The position numbers were made by a program, and so were the translations under genes. A stretch of 32,000 nt of DNA from Wolbachia endosymbiont of Litomosoides sigmodontis (GTDB taxonomy: Bacteria; Pseudomonadota; Alphaproteobacteria; Rickettsiales; Anaplasmataceae), in the NCBI RefSeq assembly GCF_013365435.1, contig NZ_CP046577.1, positions 900,001-932,000 of the forward strand, in the 5' to 3' direction. Of this stretch, positions 1-10,040 are shown piece after piece (the first letter of the stretch is position 1; the number at the start of each line of letters is the position of its first letter). The notes under the pieces were generated by a model. It ran no database searches, was not told where the DNA came from, and saw only the letters and a list, made by a program, of their open reading frames with translations.

Positions 1-615
1 ATAAAGTTCGTTCATCTGGCTCAGTAACGTCTGTAACTACATCTTGAGTTATTTTAACAATATCAACCACTCTAGTTTGATAGCGGTTCTTATATATCTG
101 TTCATCGATTTTTTCTCCAAAAGTTACTGGATAATTATCATGAAATAATGAAGTTATGAACATAATTGTAGGCAAGACTTTCTTTAACTTTGCTACGTAT
201 TCTCTTTCCGTTATGTGCAAATTATTCAAGGCCTCATGAAATTTTTTTTTGTCAAATTCTCCTTTATTGTTTTGAAAATACTCAGTATTTCTAATGTGGT
301 CTTTTATGGATTCTTCTCCAATCACTAACCCTAAATCACTAATCAAGTTAAACAACAGTTTTTGCTCTATAAGTGCATTAAGTAAACCGTATTTCAATCT
401 TTTTATCTGCTCTTCACTAAGATCAGATCTAGAAGCATGATTTCCATAATTTTGATATAGCGACTTGTACTCATCCAATGTTATAACTTCCTTTCCAACT
501 CTAGCCAATTCTTCCTTTTTATTATCATCCAAAAAAAGGGTGCCAAGCCCCATAAAGAGTAACAAACAAGTTAAAATGATAACAATTATTTTAGTAAAAA
601 AAAAATTAACATTCA
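1..615 (-). CDS. PpiD/SurA_N-like periplasmic chaperone (peptidyl-prolyl isomerase D family), N-terminal part. The 3' end lies outside the window and the 5' end is frameshifted in an A9 tract.
   Basis: My own reverse-strand translation is open from 595 to 1: TKIIVIILTCLLLFMGLGTLFLDDNKKEELARVGKEVITLDEYKSLYQNYG..LSEEQIKRLKYGLLNALIEQKLLFNLISDLGLVIGEESIKDHIRNTEYFQNNKGEFDKKKFHEAL.. This shows a TM anchor followed by a SurA_N/PpiD-type chaperone domain. The ORF is absent from the supplied track because it has no stop inside the window. The ATG at 615-613 is one frame off (see finding). Confidence 0.6.
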
Positions 616-685
616 TAAACAAAAGTTGATTAGCGGTTAATCGTAGAATAGTGCTAATTTATCTTTTGTAAATCTACTGATTAAT

Positions 686-1055
686 TATACCAATTCTCAT
701 GTTAGTAAGTCAAATAAGTGAAGTTGCAGAGTGAGAATGAGGGTAATAAATTTGTACAAAGCACTCTTAAATAAAGCAATTTTTGTCATGAATTGTGCTA
801 GTTGACATGGGTCGAAAAATTTAAAGGTATCAAAAATATTGAGATTATATATCCACTATGATACTCATCTGAGCTCAACCATATTGAGAGACTTTAGATT
901 GCATATAAACAGAATATTTTGCGTCACAAAGTCTATAATACAATTGTTTTGCTTGAGAGCGTTTTGTGTAAATTTACCATCTCTCTTTCTCACTACACAA
1001 TAAAACAACTCTGTTGTATTACTTATTTGACCTATCACTAATGAGAATTAGTATA
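686..1055. mobile_element. IS630-family remnant in foldback form: a ~95-bp inverted right-end fragment (686-780, minus) abutting the 3' ~270 bp of the element (783-1055, plus)
   Basis: 686-780 aligns to the reverse complement of the right end seen in the other copies (TATACCAATTCTCATGTTAGTAAGTCAAATAAGTGA..). 783-1055 aligns to the 3' part of the plus-orientation copies and ends ..GACCTATCACTAATGAGAATTAGTATA. Confidence 0.7.
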
Positions 1056-1821
1056 ACACAATATCAAAAGAAAATCTTATACTCACACAAATGCTACTAC
1101 TAAGTCCAACATCAATAACGGCATAAAAATGCTCATCATCATTGCACTATCTCTAACACTTCCTTTTTCGAGGTAGCTTAATCTCCTATAACGTCAATAA
1201 GTGCTCGTTTTGTTTTTCTCTTTAAGCCAACTCTGCAATAGTTTAATTATTTGCGTTTTATATCAAAGAATTTGCCCTATATTAAAGTAGGGTAGTTGTT
1301 GTCTCAGTGTTACTACACAACAACTTGGTGTAATAATGTATTCCTCTTCTCAACTCTAAAATTCACGTAAACAAGAAACTCTCTTCATTGATTTATCTTT
1401 TGCATATATTCTATCTTCAATAGCCCCTTCAAATGCTCTATTACGTCTTAAATGGTAATTTACCCCCTCCATTCAAATCTTGCACCATTGTGTTCGACGC
1501 AATGACACAAAATATAAGGTATACTATTACTTGTTATGTCTACATCAGGCTTTATGAACAGATCTGACTCAAATATTTTCTTGTTAATTGCTATTTCACT
1601 ATTCTTACTGAAGAACTTTTTTAATTGCTCAATTCTTTTATTACATACCTTTCCTGTGTTGTCATAACCTTAAGAAAGTCATCAGATTCTTCTGAATGCT
1701 ATTTATTAATAATAAGCCACGTTAAAAGCCAAGAACTTAGTTAATGAATTAATGTAACCTTCCTTATAGGAAGTAAGGCCCATCATTTTTATCACACATA
1801 TCTATTAAAGCTAGCTTATTC

Positions 1822-3237
1822 TTAATTATTCATAGAGCTAAAAAAGTCAGCGTTACTCTTTGTCAAAAGCAGTTTATCACGCAAAAACTCCATTGCTTCA
1901 ACAGGCCCCATAGGGCTTAGTATCCTACGCAATACCCATATTTTATTTAATGTAGCTTTGTCAATTAATAACTCTTCTTTTCTAGTTCCAGATTTCGTAA
2001 TGTCAATAGCTGGAAATATACGCTTATCGGCAAGTTTTCTATCAAGAATAATCTCAGCATTACCTGTACCTTTAAATTCTTCAAAAATAACTTCATCCAT
2101 TTTTGAGCCAGTCTCTATAAGAGCAGTAGCAATTACTGTTAAAGAACCACCATTTTCAATGTTACGAGCTGCTCCAAAAAAACGTTTTGGTCTTTGTAAT
2201 GCATTAGAATCTACACCACCAGTTAGAACTTTTCCAGACGAAGGAATGACTGCATTATAAGCACGTGCAAGACGAGTTATAGAATCAAGCAAGATTACCA
2301 CATCTTTCTTATGCTCAACCATCCTTTTAGCTTTTTCTATTACTATTTCAGCAAGCTGTACATGACGGTAAGCAGGTTCATCAAATGTAGAGCTTACTAC
2401 TTCGCCTTTCACAGAGCGCATCATATCTGTCACTTCTTCAGGTCTTTCATCTATGAGTAATACTATCAACTCTATTTCAGGATGATTTGTAGCTATAGAA
2501 TGAGCCATTTGCTGAAGTAGTATAGTTTTTCCCGTACGTGGTGGAGCAACTATTAATGCTCTTTGCCCTTTTCCAAGAGGTGCAACTATATCCACGGCAC
2601 GCATATTTATATCTTTTTTATTATCACCGCTGCTGTTATTTTCAAGAATTAAACTTTCTTCAGGATAAAGAGGAAGTAAATTATCAAAATGGGCGTACTT
2701 TCTTAATTCACTTACTTCAGTAAAGTTTATACCTTGAACTTTAGTTAAAGTAAAATATCTTTCCTTATCACCAGGCGGTCTTATTTCTCCACATACCATA
2801 TCTCCCGTGCGCAAACTAAACTTTTTTATTTGTCCATTAGAAATATAAACATCATCAGTACTTGGAGCATAATTTGCATTTGCTGAGCGCAAAAAACCGA
2901 AACCATCAGGTAATATTTCCACTACTCCACTCCCTGTAGTAATACCTCCTTCTTCACTCATTTTCTTCATTAAGCTGAATATCACTTCCTGTTTCAACAT
3001 TCTGCCATTGCCCTTACCATTAGTTGAAACTTTTCTTTCTTCAGCTAGATTTAATAATTCTTCTGCTGTTTTTTCCCTCAGCTCACTCAGATCTAGTGTT
3101 TTTCTATTTTCCTTTACACCTTCGTTTGTTGTTTGTTTTATCATATCGTTATTAGAAATTTGCTCGCTTTTTTCTATTAGTTCTGTTGCAACTGCAACCT
3201 TTTCTTTCGCTAAAACATCTTTGTTGATTGTTACCAT
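1822..3237 (-). CDS. rho: Transcription termination factor Rho
   Basis: The 471-aa ORF carries the Rho hallmarks: [11 protein letters not shown] (RNA-binding domain), Walker [19 protein letters not shown], and [19 protein letters not shown]. It has a ~45-aa N-terminal extension relative to E. coli Rho, and M32 (3144) is an alternative start. Confidence 0.97.
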   Translation of the reverse strand: MVTINKDVLAKEKVAVATELIEKSEQISNNDMIKQTTNEGVKENRKTLDLSELREKTAEELLNLAEERKVSTNGKGNGRMLKQEVIFSLMKKMSEEGGITTGSGVVEILPDGFGFLRSANANYAPSTDDVYISNGQIKKFSLRTGDMVCGEIRPPGDKERYFTLTKVQGINFTEVSELRKYAHFDNLLPLYPEESLILENNSSGDNKKDINMRAVDIVAPLGKGQRALIVAPPRTGKTILLQQMAHSIATNHPEIELIVLLIDERPEEVTDMMRSVKGEVVSSTFDEPAYRHVQLAEIVIEKAKRMVEHKKDVVILLDSITRLARAYNAVIPSSGKVLTGGVDSNALQRPKRFFGAARNIENGGSLTVIATALIETGSKMDEVIFEEFKGTGNAEIILDRKLADKRIFPAIDITKSGTRKEELLIDKATLNKIWVLRRILSPMGPVEAMEFLRDKLLLTKSNADFFSSMNN

Positions 3238-3442
3238 AGTCCTCCAAAAATTCTAATTGATGCTTACTAACCTAAAATGTGATTACAAGATAATAAATTA
3301 GGCTGAGCTAATCTTTAGGAAGTACTGAACTCAATTATTACTAAGCTATATACTTTACCTAAATGTAATATCAATAAATACCGGCAAGTCAAGTTAATTT
3401 ACTACTAACATAGTATGAAAACAAGTAAATGATTTAAAAATT

Positions 3443-4036
3443 TTAATAATCTTCCTTTATATTTCTCAACCTTTCTTGCTTTTCTTCTTTCACTCTTGCT
3501 TTTTCCACTTCTGCTTCTAAGTTTTCTTGGCTACATAAGCCAAGCAATACTGGATCTTGAGGTTTTATATTCTGCATATTGTAATGAGATCCATCTCTTA
3601 TTTGTTCCACCGTATAACTTGTTGTACTGATCAGTCTAGCTATAACATTATTGTCTAAGGCAGGAAATTTTTTTATTAAATAAAAAATCGCGTCAGGTTT
3701 ATCTCTACGCCTCACTGTAGAAGCAAAACCCAAAATATTACCGCCCACCTTATTCCTTTTTTTTACATTTTTTGCAATCAAATCTGGAATACGATTTGGG
3801 TCTTCTTTACAGTTATCAATTTCTTTTTCGGTTATTATTCCAGAAATCACAGGATTAAATTTTTCTATGTCTATTTCCTCATCAGCTATACTTTGCACCT
3901 CTTCAATAGCCAATTTACAACACCGCGCTATTTGATTAAAAGTTAAAGCAGTATTATCTATTAGCCAAGCAGCAATTTGCATGTAAAACTGTTTAATTCT
4001 ATCATTATCACCTTTAGAAAATTCTGTTGACATCAA
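3443..4036 (-). CDS. DUF1013-domain protein (alphaproteobacterial TrcR-like small regulator family)
   Basis: The 197-aa ORF contains WLIDNTALTFNQIARCCKL, RRRDKPDAIFYLIKKFP, TVEQIRDGSHYN and DPVLLGLCSQENLEAEVEKA. These match the conserved DUF1013 blocks as I remember them. Confidence 0.8.
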   Translation of the reverse strand: MMSTEFSKGDNDRIKQFYMQIAAWLIDNTALTFNQIARCCKLAIEEVQSIADEEIDIEKFNPVISGIITEKEIDNCKEDPNRIPDLIAKNVKKRNKVGGNILGFASTVRRRDKPDAIFYLIKKFPALDNNVIARLISTTSYTVEQIRDGSHYNMQNIKPQDPVLLGLCSQENLEAEVEKARVKEEKQERLRNIKEDY

Positions 4037-4296
4037 AGAAACATCTCCAAAATAAAATCAATTGTCATTACATAGAGCTAAAATATAAGCTATTAAAATT
4101 AAAAAAGCATTAATTTCGTCACTAGATGACCTTTTTGGTTTAACTTCCTAGACTAATCAAGCAGCTAGACCTGTCTTAAGTAGACCCAAAAAATATTTTC
4201 TCTCCCTAAGCATGATACTTAATCAAGTATATATTTACACTTGAGAAATAGCTAATTCTAAACTTAATATAGTGTAATACCATACATAATAGCTCA

Positions 4297-5447
4297 TAAT
4301 AATTATCGTTGTTAATAGATTAAATTAAGTAACATTATAGAATTGTTTAACTGCAGAACAAGATAGAGAGAGATAATATATTTGTATACGCCTTCTCAAG
4401 TAAAGCAATTCTATTATTGCTTTTAATTATGCAGGATGTTCTGTTTTATATACGACCAAAATCTTGCAATAAATTGAGTTCAGTGAATATGATGACAGGT
4501 ACGTAATCTTAATATTTTCAGATATCTTGCAAATTTTTTGACTTATATTAACTAGCACAATCCATGATAAGAGATATGCTAACGTGCTAATACTAACTTC
4601 ATATTAATTAAGGCTCATCATATTTTTAAATATTGCAACGTTTGTTTATAGAGATACATTCATACAATCAGTGTTGATATATCCAGTACAAATAAGTTAA
4701 AGCTCTTTCCATTTTTTAGGATCACTGCACTGTAGAGATAAAAGTTTTTTTGTCTAGCTAATTCTAATTTAACTTATGCTCTAACGCCATTTTCAAATCA
4801 CCCGTATCTAACTTTTGAATGTACGCCAAATCTCAATTCATCAAAGATGAGTAACTTTTATTCATAGATGCTTACCAATAGCCTTATTAAATTTTCATTT
4901 TAACTCTTCCTGTCTACCTTTATCTTGCTCATTGTAGATTGATCTTGGCATAACACATGAAAATTTCATTTTTTTGCTTATCACGGTATATTATAAACTT
5001 GCTAGCATTCAAGCTAAATTGTCCCAAGTTCTTATCCTTATTTTTTAAACAAAAATGCTATGATTTTCTTGTACACATGCCTCAACTTGTTCAAATTAAC
5101 TCCGATTTAATCTAGTTTTTCTACAACGTTAAGTATGAAGTAAACAACTTTTCTTCCCTTCTAAACTCCAGGTGCTTTTCTATGTAGTTAATACATATCA
5201 TTGAAATGCAATATATTTTTGCTATGGCTGTTATACAGTGCTTTTTGCTACAATTACAGCATTCAGTTTTTTTGCAACATATGTGTTATTTCATACTTTT
5301 TTCAACATTCCTTTTACTGATTTCACAACTTTTTTACCAATAATTTTAATTTCACACCATTTAAATCTTGCTATTTTACTTACTTCAGTAAGGCTTCTTT
5401 TCCACTCTTGGCTATCCGCTCCTTAATACATTAAGAATTTGATATAA
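4297..5447 (-). mobile_element. IS630-family element, full-length but degenerate (transposase pseudogene)
   Basis: It aligns end to end with the other copies. The right-end TIR lies at about 4297 and the left end (..GGAGCGGATAGCC.., reverse complement) at about 5447. Multiple stops and frameshifts are present. The supplied ORF 5238-5426 (+) is antisense to the HTH-coding part. Confidence 0.8.
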
Positions 5448-5459
5448 GTACCCTGAATT

Positions 5460-6016
5460 ATAGAGTTATTTCCCTTTGATAAATCGCGATTTGATACACG
5501 TTCAAAAGTTGAACATTGGTGACTTTAAAATGGCATTAGAACACAGATTGCAGTAAAATTAAGTAGATAAAAACTTTTATCTCTACAGTGCAGTTAATCC
5601 TAAGAAATGGAAAGAGCTTTAGCTTATTTGTACTGGATATATTAACACTGATTGTATGAATGTATCTCTTAAACAAACGTTGCAATATTTAAAAATATGA
5701 TGAGCCTTAATTAATATGAAATTAGTATTAGCACGTTAGCATAACTTATCATGGATTGTGCTAGTTAATATAAGTCAAAAAATTTAAAATTACCTAAAAA
5801 TATTGAGACTATATACCTACCACTATACTCAGAACTCAATTTTATTGAGAGATTTTGGTTGTACATAAAACAGAACATCCTGCATAATAAAGTCTATAAC
5901 ACAATTGCTTTCTTTGAGAAGGCTGTATACCAATTTATTACCTCTTTACCTCTTGCTCCGCAATCAAATAACTCTACAATGTTACTTATTTAACCACTAA
6001 CAATATGAAGATTCGT
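5460..6016 (+). mobile_element. IS630-family element, 3' ~560 bp only (5'-truncated)
   Basis: It starts in the middle of the element (..TTGATAAATCGCGATTTGATACACGTTCAAAAGTTGAAC..) and runs to the right end (..AACCACTAACAATATGAAGATTCGTAT). It is an inverted repeat of 4297-4850. Confidence 0.8.
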
Positions 6017-6354
6017 ATCACTACTTATTTTCTATATTGCTAGGTTTTTAAGTCTTAAATGCTGTAATCTAGCTGCTTTCTAATGTAACTTATTGGGGCT
6101 ATAAATATTTTTAAATTTACTAAGCAAAAAAAACACTAAAATAGTAAATTATTAACTCTCTGTTTTAAAAACTTAAAATTATATAATATTTTAAACGTTT
6201 CAGCTTATATAGGTAAAAACTTAGAAAGTTTATAAAGACATAAGATATAAATAGTACAAAGAATTAAACAACAGTACACCAAATATAAGGCCTTCTTACC
6301 ATTTTAACCTGCTAAGATTGGAAAGTTATATAAAACAACTTCAATACTATGCTT

Positions 6355-6386
6355 AAAAAGCTACAAAGTATGTCAAGTAGCTTTTT
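6355..6386 (+). terminator. Candidate hairpin/terminator between the upstream IS and guaB copy 1
   Basis: There is a perfect 10-bp stem, AAAAAGCTAC(12 nt)GTAGCTTTTT, running into a T-rich tail. It is conserved in the second unit with a C->T change that still allows G-U pairing. The stem is AT-rich and therefore weak. Confidence 0.3.
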
Positions 6387-6480
6387 GCATTTCTGTGAAC
6401 TACTCTTAAATAACCGATAACTCTATGCACAAAGCCTGCTCTTATTGTCCTATATCCTGTAATCATACACTCAGCTAATT

Positions 6481-6520
6481 TTGCAATGCCCTATTGCAAT
6501 TTACTTAATTGACGTATAAG
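6481..6520 (+). promoter_or_regulatory. Candidate guaB promoter/operator region (copy 1)
   Basis: Two palindromic TTGCAA hexamers (6481-6486, 6494-6499) are followed 15 nt later by TATAAG (6515-6520), 26 nt upstream of the ATG. The region lies within the 100% conserved leader shared by both guaB units. This is motif inspection only. Confidence 0.3.
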
Positions 6521-6545
6521 CTTTAAATAAAGCCTATGAAAAAAA

Positions 6546-8036
6546 ATGAAAGCTTGTTATTCATTTGACGATATACTCCTTTTACCAGCTTATTCTAATA
6601 TATTGCCTTGTGACGCAGATACAAAAACTTATTTAACAAATAGTATAGAACTCAACATCCCTCTGATATCTTCTGCAATGGATACTGTCACTGAATCAGA
6701 TTTTGCAATAGCTATTGCACAACATGGTGGAATAGGTTGCATACATAAAAACTTATCAATAGATGAGCAAGCTTCAGAAGTAAGGAGAGTAAAAAAATAC
6801 GAAAGTTGGATCGTATACAACCCAATCACAATTTCCCCGGACAAAACAGTTGCAGAAGCAATTTCATTGATGAAAGAGCATGATTATTCTTGTATTCCTG
6901 TAGTTGAGCAATGCAAGTTAGTCGGAATTTTAACTAACAAAGATATAAGATTTATTGAAGATCAGAACATGAGTACAAAAGTCTCTGAGGTAATGACAAA
7001 AGAGAAATTAGTTACAGTACGGGAGCAGGGGATAGACAGCACTTCAGCAATGAAACTCCTGCATGAAAACAGGATAGAGAAGCTTTTGGTCATAGATGAA
7101 AACTTCTGCTGCATAGGTCTGATCACAGCTAAAGACATTAAAGAATACAATAGATACCCCAATTCATGCAAAGATAGTAAAGGGCGGCTCAGAGTTGCCG
7201 CTGCAGTTGGCACTGGTAAAAAAGATGGTATAGAAAGATGTGAAGCTTTGATCAGAGAAGAGATTGACGTGATTATTGTAGATACTGCTCACGGTCATTC
7301 CGAAAATGTTATTAATACTATTAAAGAAATAAAAACAATGTATCCAAGTACGCAGCTAGTTGCTGGAAATATTACAACAAAAGAAGCTGCTGAAGCATTG
7401 ATTAACGCTGGTGCTGATGCAGTAAAGGTTGGGGTAGGGCCTGGATCAATTTGTACAACTAGAATAGTTACAGGTGTGGGTGTTCCACAATTTTCTGCAA
7501 TCCAAAGCGTTGCAGAAACATGTAAAACAAGAAAAGTAAGGTTAATTGCTGATGGTGGAGTGAAATACTCAGGAGATATTGCAAAAGCTATTGCAGCTGG
7601 TGCTGATTCCGTAATGATAGGTGCAATTTTTGCTGGTACTAATGAAAGTCCAGGTGAGATTATCATGTATAAAGGTAGAGCATATAAAAGTTATCGAGGA
7701 ATGGGGTCTATCAGTGCAATGAAACGAGGTTCTGCTAGCCGTTATTTTCAAGATAAAGATCCAAAACTCAAATTAGTTCCACAAGGAGTGGAAGGAAGAG
7801 TGCCATTCAAAGGTCCAGCTTCAGGAGTAATTCATCAATTAATTGGTGGGTTACAAGCTGCAATGGGGTATACCGGTAATAGAAATATAGAAGAGATGAA
7901 AGAAAACTGTAAGTTTACAGTTATGACTGCATCAGGATTAAGAGAAAGCCATGTTCATGACATAACTATCACACAGGAATCTCCAAATTATGTTTATCAA
8001 GTGTCCAACAACTTGTCAATTGATTCAGACGTCTAA
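6546..8036 (+). CDS. guaB: IMP dehydrogenase, copy 1
   Basis: The 496-aa ORF starts with SFDDILLLPAYS and has a CBS pair (residues ~95-205). The catalytic Cys loop GVGPGSICTTR, GGVKYSGDIAKA and YRGMGS are all present. Confidence 0.97.
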   Translation: MKACYSFDDILLLPAYSNILPCDADTKTYLTNSIELNIPLISSAMDTVTESDFAIAIAQHGGIGCIHKNLSIDEQASEVRRVKKYESWIVYNPITISPDKTVAEAISLMKEHDYSCIPVVEQCKLVGILTNKDIRFIEDQNMSTKVSEVMTKEKLVTVREQGIDSTSAMKLLHENRIEKLLVIDENFCCIGLITAKDIKEYNRYPNSCKDSKGRLRVAAAVGTGKKDGIERCEALIREEIDVIIVDTAHGHSENVINTIKEIKTMYPSTQLVAGNITTKEAAEALINAGADAVKVGVGPGSICTTRIVTGVGVPQFSAIQSVAETCKTRKVRLIADGGVKYSGDIAKAIAAGADSVMIGAIFAGTNESPGEIIMYKGRAYKSYRGMGSISAMKRGSASRYFQDKDPKLKLVPQGVEGRVPFKGPASGVIHQLIGGLQAAMGYTGNRNIEEMKENCKFTVMTASGLRESHVHDITITQESPNYVYQVSNNLSIDSDV

Positions 8037-8267
8037 TTATTAATTGTCAATTAATACAGTAAAAGTAAATAGGTAAAGCAGAGGTTTTTGCACTAATATA
8101 AAAGTCCCTGCTATAGTTAAAAATGCATTAGCTTTTAGTTTGTTAAGTTATAATACACATTTGTTAATCTATGTAATTTATATTAGACCTGTGCTTGCTG
8201 TACATCTTGCTACATCTACCGCATCATCAATTATCCTTCACCATCTTCTGCTCTATCTTCATTTATA

Positions 8268-9485
8268 ATACCAATTTCTACCATATAAAGAACGGATAGA
8301 CAATAATGAACAAGAAGTCTTCTGAAGCAAGTAAAGTAGCGAGGGTAAAATGGCGTTGAAATCAAAATTTTTGGATAAAAAGTCGTGTAGTCAGCAAAAG
8401 AAATGTTAAAAAAGTGCGAAATGACGTATATGTTACAAAAAATTAAATGCTGTAATTGTAGCAAAAAAGCATAATATATAACAGCCATAGCAAAAACATG
8501 TTGTTCTTCGAGAACAGCATTACTACATAAATAAAGCTCTAAAATTTAGAAGAGAAATAAAATTGTTTACTCTCTGCTTAATGTCATAAAAAAAACTAGA
8601 TTAAATCAGAGTTAATTTGAACAAGTTAAAGATAGATACAAGAAAATCCTAATATTGCCATTCAAGAAAAAAGAAGAAACTTGAGCGCTTGTCTGTAATA
8701 CAGTATAGTAATTACTCTGAGCAGTATAGCACGGACAATACCATTATAAGAAAATACGATATTAGGGATATAGTAAGAATAATAATCCAGAAAAAATTTG
8801 GCTTGAATGTCAGCAAGACTACAGCACATTGTAATATGTAAAAATGAAATTCCAGTATACTATGCCAAGATTAATTTACAAAGAACAAGATAAAAGGTAG
8901 ATAGGAAGAGTTTAAAAAACTTAATAAAGTTATTGATAAGTATCTATGAACAAAAGTTACTCATCTTTGATGAATTGGTTTGGTATACATTTAAAGTTGG
9001 ACACAGTGATTTAAAAAAGACGTTAGAACACAGATTAAAGTAAAATTAGGTAGACAAAAAATTCTTATCTTTACAGAGTAGAAAGTTCTAGTTTATTTGC
9101 AATGAATGCCAACATTTATTATATGAATATATTTCTTGAATAAATGTTACAATATTCAAGAACACAAAAAGCTTTATTAATATAAAATTAATATTAGCAC
9201 GTTAGCACATCTTATCATAAATTGTGCTAGTTAGCATAAGTCAAAAAATTTAAAGGTACCCCAAAATATTAAGATTATATACCTACCACATATATTTACC
9301 AGAGCTCAGTCTCCTTGAGAGACTTTAGTTGTATATAAAACAAAATGTTTTGTATAATAAAGCCTATAATAGAATAACTTTATTTGAAAGCTCTTTGTAC
9401 AAATTTATCATCTCTCTTTCTCACTTTGCAATCAAACAATTCTGCAACGCCACCTATTGATACACAACATATAAGGATTTGTATC
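8268..9485 (+). mobile_element. IS630-family element, longest copy, degenerate (transposase pseudogene)
   Basis: The left end ATACCAATTTCTACCATATAAAGAACGGATAG resembles the reverse complement of the right end (imperfect TIR). The N-terminal HTH peptide MALKSKFLDKK.. breaks off after a few codons. The central block reads ..LEHRLKVKLGRQK.LIFTE... The 3' block reads ..NIKIIYLP../..PELSLLERL*LYIKQNVL.. in shifted frames. That is a decayed version of the IS630/Tc1-mariner LPPYSPELNPIERLW motif carrying the catalytic E. Confidence 0.85.
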
Positions 9486-9849
9486 ACTACGCATGAAAGA
9501 ACTAAGGACACAGCTCTTTATTTCCTGTATTAGCAGAGTTTTTAAGTCTTAAATGCTGCAGTTTAGCTGTTTTTAAATTTAATTAATTGGGGCTATGAAT
9601 ATTTAAAAAACTTACTAAGTAAAAAAATATCAGAGTAGTGGATTACTAATCCTCTATTTTAAAAACTTAATGTTGAGAATGTCTTAAACACCTCAGCTTA
9701 TATTTAGGTAAAAATTTAGAAATTTTATAAAGACATAAAATACAAATAGTACAAAAAATTAAACAACAGTCACCAAATATAAGGCCTTCTTATCATTTTA
9801 ACCTACTAAAATTAGAAAGTTATATAAAACAACTTCAATACTATGCTTG

Positions 9850-9880
9850 AAAAGCTATAAAGTATGTCAAGTAGCTTTTT
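9850..9880 (+). terminator. Candidate hairpin/terminator upstream of guaB copy 2 (homologue of 6355-6386)
   Basis: AAAAGCTAT(12 nt)GTAGCTTTTT occupies the same position relative to guaB as the copy-1 hairpin. Confidence 0.3.
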
Positions 9881-9975
9881 GCATTCCTGTGAAATTATTC
9901 TTAAATAACCGATAACTCTATGCACAAAGCCTGCTCTTATTGTCCTATATCCTGTAATCATACACTCAGCTAATT

Positions 9976-10015
9976 TTGCAATGCCCTATTGCAATTTACT
10001 TAATTGACGTATAAG
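9976..10015 (+). promoter_or_regulatory. Candidate guaB promoter/operator region (copy 2)
   Basis: Identical in sequence to 6481-6520. Confidence 0.3.
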
Positions 10016-10040
10016 CTTTAAATAAAGCCTATGAAAAAAA

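Noticed and set aside
1294-1325. 9-bp inverted repeat AGTTGTTGT(16 nt)ACAACAACT
   Set aside because: It is an isolated short stem in a decayed region, with no T-tract and no second copy, so nothing suggests a function.
1958-3256. ORFs 1958-2260, 2538-2723 and 3008-3256 (+) inside rho
   Set aside because: They are antisense to a strongly supported rho CDS. Their composition is low-complexity with no recognisable motifs, as expected for shadow ORFs in AT-rich DNA.
5238-5426. Small ORFs lying over IS remnants: 5238-5426(+), 8231-8488(-), 14690-14896(+), 15119-15301(+) and 28058-28243(-)
   Set aside because: They are antisense to, or out of frame with, the recognisable transposase reading direction of each IS copy, and none is conserved as an ORF between copies.
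8040-8054. Perfect palindrome TTAATTGTCAATTAA immediately after the guaB copy 1 stop
   Set aside because: It is not conserved after copy 2 (TTGTTAATTGCCAGCTAA). The implied loop is too short for an RNA terminator and no T-run follows.
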